Shown piece after piece: positions 19,382 through 27,404 of a DNA stretch of 64,000 bases; position 1 is the stretch's first letter; the number at the start of each line of letters is the position of its first letter. The stretch comes from a bacterium (GTDB lineage Bacteria; UBA8248). Made by a program: the position numbers and the translations under genes. A model generated the notes under the pieces. The model was not told the origin of the DNA, made no database searches, and saw nothing but the letters and a program-made list of their open reading frames with translations. Location: the NCBI GenBank assembly GCA_965207065.1, contig OZ242260.1:4128001-4192000 (forward strand), in the 5' to 3' direction.

Positions 19382-20191
19382 TCAATACTGCGCATCTTGA
19401 CTCTGCGCATCTCCGATAATCGGTCTAAGAACGCTTGAAAATACAATAGGTTCCGCCAGGGGCACCGCTTCGGCCAATTCTTTTTCATTCTCAAAATACT
19501 CGCCCGGCAGGACCAATCCCGGCATCCGCAGCTTGATCGAATCCTCTGAAAACGGCCAAGGAGATATTTCCAGATCGTCCATCTTAGCGGTTTTCACTTT
19601 CAAGCCACTTTGCCTCAAGGGGTGGATGGCGTCATCGGGTGGGGTGATTTCCGGCGCCCGGCACGCCAATAGGGATAACGTATCGCAAACCCTCAGCAAA
19701 GACACGGAATTTTCGATTGCTCCTTTGTGCCCCGCTTCAATCAGGGGGTCCAACATTTTCTGCCGTTTCGATTCAGTGTGTATGAACCCGTTCAGTACTC
19801 TGGACACTTCACCGGGCGCACCCCTTCTCCCTCCCTCGGCGAGCGAAGAGAAGTGAATGCTGACCAGATAACCAGAAAACGGATGAAATGACGCGCAGGA
19901 ATCAATTCCCTCCGACCAAATCTCCACCGCCTTGTCCGCCGTTATGCCGAAAAAACTGTAGGGCAGTTTCGTCATTTCATCCCATTTCGGCGTAGCATCC
20001 GAGCGGCACCATCCAACGTCATGGTTATCGATGGCGAACAACACTTTTTCTCTGAGCTCATCCGGCGGTGAGGGAAGCGATTCTATTCCTATCCATTTTC
20101 GCGCAATCGTACCCGCGGCCCGGGCGTGGTCATGTTGACTGATGAGGCGAACATGGTTATCTCGCGGACAAACTATCATTTGAGACACCAA
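19382..20191 (-). CDS. DUF3891 family protein
   Basis: LISQHDHARAAG, AIDNHDVGW, LLRVCDTLSL and ISPWPF motifs. Confidence 0.7.
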   Translation of the reverse strand: MVSQMIVCPRDNHVRLISQHDHARAAGTIARKWIGIESLPSPPDELREKVLFAIDNHDVGWCRSDATPKWDEMTKLPYSFFGITADKAVEIWSEGIDSCASFHPFSGYLVSIHFSSLAEGGRRGAPGEVSRVLNGFIHTESKRQKMLDPLIEAGHKGAIENSVSLLRVCDTLSLLACRAPEITPPDDAIHPLRQSGLKVKTAKMDDLEISPWPFSEDSIKLRMPGLVLPGEYFENEKELAEAVPLAEPIVFSSVLRPIIGDAQSQDAQY

Positions 20192-20408
20192 TAACGGCAG
20201 AGATTACATTCCCAATCCGTTGAATCAACTGGTACAAGACTCAGGAATATTTTATTTCGCCGATGAAAAATGTAACAACCGCCATAACGACAAACAAGAA
20301 AAATCAAGTTAATTCATCATCCACTTGAACAAACGTGTGCAAAACACATAATTTTGCTACAAGTCAGTATATATTCTTGTCCTGGAAATAAGGAAATCGC
20401 GCCAAACC

Positions 20409-21845
20409 ATGAATCAAAAAAATTTCCCGCAGGATCCCGGTTCAGTCGGCCTCACGAAAACGCGGACCATAGCCCTTCCCGAGCCGTTTCGGACCGATTC
20501 CGGCGAAACATTGCCCGAAGTTCAGGTTGCCTATGAAACATATGGAGAACTCTCTCCCAGCGCAGATAACGCCGTTTTGGTCATCCATGCACTTACGGGC
20601 GACGCGCATGCTGCCGGCTTCCACAACCCAGACGACCCGCGCCCAGGCTGGTGGGACCCGATGATCGGTCCCGGCAAAGCCATCGATACCCGAAAATACT
20701 TCGTCGTCTCCTCGAACAACCTGGGGGGATGCTCGGGCACCACGGGGCCCACTACGATCAATCCCGCTACGGGCAGAGCCTACAACACCGCTTTTCCCGT
20801 CACCACGGTGGAAGATACCGTTCGCGTCCAAAAACTGCTTCTCGACCATCTGGGCGTCAAACGCCTCAAAACGGTCATCGGCGGCTCGCTCGCCGGGATG
20901 CAAACCCTCGAATGGGGCCTGCGCTACAGCGATTTTTGCGATTCCGTCATACCGGTCGCCGGAGCCGCGCGCCTGGACCCGATGGGAATCGCATGGGACA
21001 AAATCGCCCGCAGGGCCATCACTGCCGACGGCGCATGGAAAGACGGCGACTACGCCGCTGGAGAAGGACCACGCAAAGGTCTGAGCGCGGCGCGCATGCT
21101 GGCCCACATCACCTATCTGAGCCGAGGGATCATGTGGGAGAAATTCGGCCGCGAGATCAGGGATAAGGACAAAATGCTGGACGACATCGACTCGCGTTTC
21201 GAGGTGGAGAGCTACCTCGATCACCAGGGAGACAAATTCGTCGATCGTTTCGACGCCAATTCGTATTTATATATCTCCCGTATGATGGATCTTTATGATG
21301 CCTCCCTGGGTTTCGAGAGTCTCGAGGCGTCGCTGTCCCGGCTGAAAACCAAGTGCCTGCTTGTATGCTTCATTTCCGACTGGCTCTTTCCGCCGGAAAG
21401 AAGCATGGAGATCACTCAAATCCTCCAAAAACTCAGGCATGAAGTGGAGTTGCATACGGTGGAATCCACCTACGGGCACGACGCGTTCCTGGTGCAATAC
21501 GACAAGCTCACCGAAATCGTCGGTGGTTTTCTTGAAAGGCTCGAAAACGGAGGCCCGATCGGCATCAACGCGGCACCCATACCCCGGGGATGCAAGCGGC
21601 TGGTTCTCACTGTGCCGGGCCATCTCGTGCAGAAACCCATTTTGTGGGAACTCGGCCGAAAATACTCGTTTTCCATCAACATTATGAGAAGTGAGCTGGA
21701 TGCCCAATCCGGGTGGCAGGTATGCGAATTCGATGGAAACGAAGAGGAAATCGCACAAGCCGTGACGGAACTCCGGGAAATGGGAGTGTGGGTCGACCCC
21801 GGGGGGCATGACGCCATCGACCATGACCGCGCCGAAGTGGTATAA
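20409..21845 (+). CDS. metX: Homoserine O-acetyltransferase with C-terminal NIL domain
   Basis: HALTGD, GGSLAG nucleophile motif, FDANSYLY, YGHDAFL; extra ~75-aa NIL-like tail (LVQKPILWELGRKYSFSINI...GVWVDP). Confidence 0.9.
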   Translation: MNQKNFPQDPGSVGLTKTRTIALPEPFRTDSGETLPEVQVAYETYGELSPSADNAVLVIHALTGDAHAAGFHNPDDPRPGWWDPMIGPGKAIDTRKYFVVSSNNLGGCSGTTGPTTINPATGRAYNTAFPVTTVEDTVRVQKLLLDHLGVKRLKTVIGGSLAGMQTLEWGLRYSDFCDSVIPVAGAARLDPMGIAWDKIARRAITADGAWKDGDYAAGEGPRKGLSAARMLAHITYLSRGIMWEKFGREIRDKDKMLDDIDSRFEVESYLDHQGDKFVDRFDANSYLYISRMMDLYDASLGFESLEASLSRLKTKCLLVCFISDWLFPPERSMEITQILQKLRHEVELHTVESTYGHDAFLVQYDKLTEIVGGFLERLENGGPIGINAAPIPRGCKRLVLTVPGHLVQKPILWELGRKYSFSINIMRSELDAQSGWQVCEFDGNEEEIAQAVTELREMGVWVDPGGHDAIDHDRAEVV

Positions 21846-21921
21846 ACCGGAAAATTGCCGCCTGGATATAAGCTCGCCGGTATTTTTTAGAGATTCGTTA
21901 CAAATCAGACGGAGGCACGCC

Positions 21922-22554
21922 ATGAGCAAGTTGAAAGAACCAATCGTTGTGGTGAAATACTCAGATTACACATGACCTTTTTGTTATGTCGCCACCGTAG
22001 GTGGTACACCCGTGATTGAAGAAGACCCCGACGTCGTCGTCGAGTGGGTGAGTTGGGAGGGGAGACCACCCGGCCAGGAGTTCGCCGGCTACTCGCCTGA
22101 GCAAAAACAAGAAAGTTACGAGACGAATCACAAACCTCTCGCCGAGAAGTACAACGTGCCCATCCGGGTGGCGGGGGGCGACTACCGCACCACCAACCTG
22201 CACATGGCCACCTATTACGCCCGCGACAAGGGAAAGTTCAAGGAATTCCGGAATCGCTGCTACAAGGCCCGCTGGGAGGACGACCTGAACCTGGAGGATC
22301 TGGACGTCATCGCAGGACTCGCCGAGGATGTCGGCCTGGACGGCGAGGAAATCAAGGCCGTCATCTCCGAGGGACGCTACATCGGCGCATTGCACAGCCA
22401 GCGCGCCCAGGGGAAAGGCCTGGGTATTTACGGCATCCCCACGTTCGTGGTGGAAGGAAAGCTCTTCTGGGGCAAAGACGTCATCGACGACGTCAAGGAC
22501 GAGGTCGCGCGCGTGAAGCAAGAACGGATCGAGAAAGAGAAACAGGAGAGCTAG
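21922..22554 (+). CDS. Putative DsbA-family selenoprotein (UPFC), Sec18 from TGA 21973-21975
   Basis: GGAGG RBS then MSKLKEPIVVVKYSDYT-TGA-PFCY in frame with the 22012..22554 ORF; cis-Pro motif GIYGIPTFVVEGKLFWG. Confidence 0.85.
21987..22008 (+). promoter_or_regulatory. SECIS-like hairpin
   Basis: TGT-C-GCCACC-GTA-GGTGGT-ACA begins 11 nt after the UGA. Confidence 0.6.
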
Positions 22555-22696
22555 CCTACGCCTCACCCGTATGAATCAGGCGCCCGCTCCCGCGGGGTCG
22601 CTGAACCGCCCCGTTTCGGGGCCGGGCGGCCCGGGCGGGCGGGTTCGCCGCGCGGGGAAACGCGGGCAATTGCGAGGCTGCGAAAAAACTTTTTAA

Positions 22697-22834
22697 TTCG
22701 ATAAATTTCGATAAATCATTCATTATCTGCTTTATGTTATCCCGGTAACCGTTTGAATAAATATGAAATATAATTTTTCGTTCTATTCGATAAATTTTCA
22801 GGAATTTATCGAAAAACCCCGTGAATTTATCGAT
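22697..22834. repeat. AT-rich array of five TTCGATAAAT boxes
   Basis: Direct copies at 22697, 22707 and 22786; inverted copies at 22804 and 22825 (one mismatch). Confidence 0.7.
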
Positions 22835-23234
22835 ATTTACGTGAAATTGGATTATTTTTATTTCTCTGCCTGCCCCCGCGTCCATGAGCGCCACGGCCCA
22901 GGCCGTGTGAAGAACGCGGGGCGACGCCTCTGCCCTCGCCCGAAACAGGGCTTTGGCGAACGGCATCACGCGGTGAAGAACGCGGACAGACGCCCTTATC
23001 CTCTCTCGAATGCCCGATCCCATGAGAAAACCTCCTCTCGCCTCCGTCTCGGCCCACAAGCGGGAGAGTTCTCCCCCGCGCGGCGCGCACGATACACCGC
23101 TTCGGGGTTCGGGGGAGGACGGCAAATGCGCGCAAATGCGTGGATGCCCGGCCCCCTCGCCGAACCTCCCGATCCCTCTTGTCAGGGGGCTTTTTTGTCC
23201 CCCCGTCGAGGGCGTCGCCTTTATCCCCTGACAA

Positions 23235-23615
23235 GGGGTTGTTGAAAAAGCCGCCCCGCTCGTCCTCCCCCGGCCTTAAAAACCACTCCCCTTACCCCCC
23301 TTCATCGGGGCTGTTGAAAAACCTTCCTCGTATGACGACTGTAGGGGCGTCGAACTTCCCGAAAAGGGAAGTGCGACCATGGCCGCCCTTCGGTCATATT
23401 CACCCCGATATAGGAGGGGCGCGGGGACCTCGGACAGGCACAGGGGCCTGTCCGCTAAATGAGACGGTGCGGTTTTGTTCGTCATTCCGGCGAACTCTGC
23501 CGCATGGGCCTTTTTCAACAGGCCCTGTCGGGGGCATTGCTTTTTCCCCCCTGACAAGGGGGGGTAGGGGGGGTTGCCTTTATCCCCTGACAAAGAGGCC
23601 TTTTTCAACAGCCCC
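23235..23615. mobile_element. Nested MITE-like elements with GGGG(C/T)TGTTGAAAAA termini
   Basis: Left ends at 23235 and 23307, right ends TTTTTCAACAG(G/C)CCC at 23511 and 23601; CCCCTGACAAGGGG-type palindromes inside and around; no transposase. Confidence 0.6.
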
Positions 23616-23734
23616 TTGTCGAAGCGCTTTCAGCGGTCCCCTGCGGCGGGGTGTTTTTCGTTCGCCTTTTTGCCCTTTCATCCCCGATTCGATAAGCTGG
23701 AAGTTCTCTATCCACCATTTGAGGAGAGAATCCG

Positions 23735-25327
23735 ATGGCGCAATTCGATGGTGTTGTGATCGGTGCGGGACATAATGGCCTGGTATGCGCGGCGTATCTT
23801 GCTCGGGCGGGGCTCAAAGTCGCCGTTCTGGATTGCGAACCCGAAATCGGCGGCGGTTCGAGCACCAAGGAATTCCTGCTGCCCGGCTACCAATCGAACA
23901 TGCACGCGAATTTCTTCATCGGTCTGGATGATTTTCCAATCGTCAAAGACTTGGAATTGGACAAATACGGGTTCAACTGGCTCACGCCGGACGTGCAGCA
24001 CGCCACGTTGTATCGCGACGGCACGGCCATTCTCCTGCACCGTGACGCCGAGAAAAGCGCGGCATCCATTTCGAAATTTTCCAAGAAGGACGCCGAATCA
24101 TACGTCTACCTCCACCGGCGATTCGCCGTGGAACTCGCCCCGCTCCTGCGCAGTTTTTTGTTTCATCCGCCCCTGCCTCCAGATGAAATCGTCTCCCGGA
24201 TGGACAGCGATGCGGGACGGGAGATTTTGAGTTTTGCGAAAATGTCGATTTTCGAGGCTATCGAAACTCATTTCGAACATCCTAAAATGCGGGCCTTGTT
24301 CTTCTTGTTCTCTCACGCCATCACGGTCGAGAACGCGCCGGGTACAGGCATTTTCCTCCCGAGTCTCTTTTCCACCCACACGACGCTCGGTCTTCCGGTG
24401 GGAGGCGCGATGCAACTGCCTCTGGCGCTCGAGCGCATCGTCATCCAGAACGGAGGCGTTGTCCTGAGAAACAGCCACGTGCGGGAAGTGATACGGGAAA
24501 ACGGGCGCGCGACGGGCGTAATGCTCGATGGCGGCGAGAAGATGATGGCGACGCAATTTGTCGCTTCTAGCCTCAATGCGCCGGCATCCATCAAAATGGC
24601 GGGAGAAGACGCCTTCCCCGATGAGGTCAACGAAAAGGTGCGAAACTGGGACTGGGGTTTCCATTCCCTGAGCACGCTGCATCTCGCCCTGGCCGAAATC
24701 CCGCGGTATACCGCAGAGGATTTCGACCCGGACGTGGGCAGGGCCTACAACATCATCTTCGGGGCGGACTCTGGCGAGGAGATGGCCGAAAACACCGAAG
24801 AACGCAGAAAAGGACTCATCCCGTCGCGTCCGATGGGCAACGGCTCATGCAACAGCCAGCACGACCCCTCCTATGCGCCCCCGGGCGGTCACGTCGCCTT
24901 CTGGTGGCCGGGCGCGCCCTATGAGCTCAAAGACGGCGGCCCCCGGAAGTGGGATGAAATAAAAGAGGAATACACCGAACGCCTCGTAGACGTGTGGCGC
25001 GGCTACGCTCCCAATCTCACGCCGGACAACGTCCGCGCGGCGAAGCTCTACACCCCGCTCGACGTGGAACGCGGGAACAAGAACATGATCCGCGGCGGCG
25101 TGCGCATGGGGGCGTATATTCCCGAACAGTTGGGGATCAACAGACCCCATCCCTTACTCTCCGGCATGCGGACGCCTCTGGAGGGATTTTATCTGTGTAG
25201 TTCGAGCTGTCAGGGGGGTGGTCTGAACGGAGCGCCCGGCTATAACGCGGCCGGCGTCATCGCCGAGGACCTGGGCGTTGCGAAATGGTGGGAGCCGCTT
25301 CCTGCGCCCGCTACGCCCGCAGGCTAA
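23735..25327 (+). CDS. Phytoene dehydrogenase-like NAD(P)/FAD-dependent oxidoreductase
   Basis: GAGHNGLVCAAYLARAG, TPLDVER, RTPLEGFYLCSS and GAPGYNAA motifs. Confidence 0.85.
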   Translation: MAQFDGVVIGAGHNGLVCAAYLARAGLKVAVLDCEPEIGGGSSTKEFLLPGYQSNMHANFFIGLDDFPIVKDLELDKYGFNWLTPDVQHATLYRDGTAILLHRDAEKSAASISKFSKKDAESYVYLHRRFAVELAPLLRSFLFHPPLPPDEIVSRMDSDAGREILSFAKMSIFEAIETHFEHPKMRALFFLFSHAITVENAPGTGIFLPSLFSTHTTLGLPVGGAMQLPLALERIVIQNGGVVLRNSHVREVIRENGRATGVMLDGGEKMMATQFVASSLNAPASIKMAGEDAFPDEVNEKVRNWDWGFHSLSTLHLALAEIPRYTAEDFDPDVGRAYNIIFGADSGEEMAENTEERRKGLIPSRPMGNGSCNSQHDPSYAPPGGHVAFWWPGAPYELKDGGPRKWDEIKEEYTERLVDVWRGYAPNLTPDNVRAAKLYTPLDVERGNKNMIRGGVRMGAYIPEQLGINRPHPLLSGMRTPLEGFYLCSSSCQGGGLNGAPGYNAAGVIAEDLGVAKWWEPLPAPATPAG

Positions 25328-25725
25328 GCCTCAGCACCCGGGATCATCACCACCGCCTCGATTTCCACTATGTCGTCCTGATTCAACCGGCTCACTTCGA
25401 CAATGGTGCGCGTGGGCAGGTTCGGCCCGAAGTATTCCTCATACAGCCGGTTGATGGCCGGGCGGTGGGCATCCATATCCTTCACGTAGACGACAGTGGA
25501 TACGAAGGTAGCCAGCGACCCGCCCGCCGCCTCCGCAATGGCTTTCAGGTTCTCGAAAGTTCTTCTGGCGCGCGCCTCAATGGTCTTCTCGACGAGTTCC
25601 CCGGAATCGGGGTCGATGCCGCGCTGGCCGGCGATGAACAACAGGTTCCCCACGCGGCGCGCCTGAACGAAGGGTCCGGTGGGGGATGGGGCCTGGTCTG
25701 TCTGGATGGTTTGAGGCGACTCCAA
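25324..25725 (-). CDS. RidA/YjgF family protein
   Basis: APSPTGPFVQA, LFIAGQ, PTRTIVEVSRL and VEIEAV; start trimmed to TTG 25725. Confidence 0.85.
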   Translation of the reverse strand: MESPQTIQTDQAPSPTGPFVQARRVGNLLFIAGQRGIDPDSGELVEKTIEARARRTFENLKAIAEAAGGSLATFVSTVVYVKDMDAHRPAINRLYEEYFGPNLPTRTIVEVSRLNQDDIVEIEAVVMIPGAEA

Positions 25726-25790
25726 GGCGTCCCCCCGGTTGGCAAGCAGGGAAAAGGCTGCCCGATTGGCTTTCCTGCCGTTCGTCGTCG

Positions 25791-26015
25791 CTATTTTTTC
25801 TTGCCTTTCGGCAATTCCGCCGGAAAAGCGATTTTGAGCCATTGCTGCGTCAGTATGGTCGCGGCGTTCTCATCTTTGCCGGGAATGAACGCGATGGGTT
25901 CCTTGGGCTGAGCGCCATCCTGCTCGAGCATATAAACGTCGACGCCAAACCCATACAGATCATGCTCCCGGGTTTCGAGGTTGTATTTCACCCCATTATT
26001 CGTCAATTGATTCAT
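25791..26015 (-). CDS. Small hypothetical protein
   Basis: 74-aa ORF with AAGGA RBS, same strand as the RidA gene; no recognised motif. Confidence 0.5.
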   Translation of the reverse strand: MNQLTNNGVKYNLETREHDLYGFGVDVYMLEQDGAQPKEPIAFIPGKDENAATILTQQWLKIAFPAELPKGKKK

Positions 26016-26174
26016 CTGGGACTATCCTTTCAAGTTCGCTGGCGAAAACTCGACGATGATGATTTCGACTTTCGCTATCATAGCCGATGGCTTGAACCCC
26101 CGTAAAGTTTGGAGGCGGGCTAGAACACACCCGTTCTTGACCCTATTGGGGGCCTATGATAAACGCAAGACCCT

Positions 26175-26249
26175 GGGCCGTTAGCTCAGTGGCAGAGCGC
26201 TGCCTTCACACGGCAGAAGTCACTGGTTCAAATCCAGTACGGCCCACCA
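26175..26249 (+). tRNA. tRNA-Val (CAC)
   Basis: GGGCCGT/ACGGCCC acceptor stem, CTGCC-TTCACAC-GGCAG anticodon arm, GGTTCAAATCC T-loop, encoded CCA. Confidence 0.95.
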
Positions 26250-26288
26250 GCCAAAATCCTTAAGATGCTCGAAGATACCCTGCGGCTC

Positions 26289-27341
26289 CTAGACGTCGAT
26301 ACCTTCCAGAAGTTCTGTCATCTGTATCTTTCTTCCCGCTTCCGCCGAACGACACGAACCCTCCACCAGCGCGAGGGCATGGACGGCCTCCCGGGGGCCG
26401 GTTTCAGGCGCTGCGCCCGTGCGCGCGCAATCGGCGAATTCCTCCACCTCGTCGATTATCATGTCCGCCATTTCGGGAACGGGCACATCCGTCCAGCCGG
26501 CCTCGCCCGCTTTTTGGATCGCCAGAGTCGTCTCATCATTCGTCCGGTGCGCCAGGGTGATGTTTTCCCGGACCATCTCGAGAGAGACCACCGCCTGGGT
26601 GCCATGCAGCTTGAGGGTAAAGACGCCCGGCGTCACGAAACTTGTCATCAGGGTCGAGACAGGACCGCCTTCGTGCTCGGTGATCGTCATCGTCACGTCG
26701 TCTATCTCAGCAGGCGTGGCCAGCTTTTTGTGAATCCCCGTCACGCATACGGGATCGCCCAGGAGGTAGTTCAGCGTGTCGCAGTGGTGAATCCCCATCT
26801 GCATGAGGGGGCCGCCCGGGCATTCATCCCGGAAATAACGCCATCTGTCGGTGGTGAAAAACTGGCCCATGTGATTTGAGAACACCGCCTCCGCCCAAAG
26901 CGGCCTGCCGATGGTTCCATCTTCTATCAGCGCTCGGATTTTCCTATTCCCCGCCGCGCGGCGATAGCAATGCCCCACCGCCAGGGTCTTGCTGGACGCT
27001 CTCCAGGCTTTGAGCACCCCAGGCGTTTCGGCCAGGATGTTGGTTATCGGTTTCTCCACCCAGACGTGCTTGCCCACTTCGAGCGCGGCTATGATCTGGG
27101 CCGCATGCACCTTGTTCGGCGTGGTGAGCAGGACTCCCTCCACGTCGGGATTCTCCAGTATCGCCTCATAGCTGGGCGCCGCCTCACATCCGTGTTCTCC
27201 CGCGAATGAGGCGCGCTTCTCTTCGTTGCGTGTGTAGCAGGCGACCAGGTCTATCTTCTCGCTTCTGCGGAGGGCATCGCCAATCGGCGTCGCCCACCAT
27301 CCGAGGCCCACGAGGGCCGTTCTGAAATTTTCGTGAGACAT
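26289..27341 (-). CDS. Gfo/Idh/MocA family oxidoreductase
   Basis: GLGWWA, GKHVWVEKP and GGPLMQMGIHHCD motifs. Confidence 0.9.
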   Translation of the reverse strand: MSHENFRTALVGLGWWATPIGDALRRSEKIDLVACYTRNEEKRASFAGEHGCEAAPSYEAILENPDVEGVLLTTPNKVHAAQIIAALEVGKHVWVEKPITNILAETPGVLKAWRASSKTLAVGHCYRRAAGNRKIRALIEDGTIGRPLWAEAVFSNHMGQFFTTDRWRYFRDECPGGPLMQMGIHHCDTLNYLLGDPVCVTGIHKKLATPAEIDDVTMTITEHEGGPVSTLMTSFVTPGVFTLKLHGTQAVVSLEMVRENITLAHRTNDETTLAIQKAGEAGWTDVPVPEMADMIIDEVEEFADCARTGAAPETGPREAVHALALVEGSCRSAEAGRKIQMTELLEGIDV

Positions 27342-27404
27342 TTTAACTCCCCGTTCTGAAATATCTGATTCCTGAGAATTTGGCTCCTTTGAGGATGAAT
27401 TTCC

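Noticed and set aside
20192-20408. SAM riboswitch upstream of metX
   Set aside because: AT-rich divergent promoter region with no recognisable SAM aptamer core
22841-23000. CRISPR array suggested by the 66-nt spacing of GTGAAGAACGCGG
   Set aside because: Only two imperfect copies and no cas genes in the window
1-23700. Somewhat lower GC in the left third of the window as a sign of an island or chimeric join
   Set aside because: By-eye impression only; the region holds housekeeping genes and the same Sec/SECIS pattern as the right side
22556-23775. ORFs of 110-211 aa across the repeat-rich intergenic region
   Set aside because: They translate palindromic repeats and AT-rich boxes, with biased composition and no family motifs
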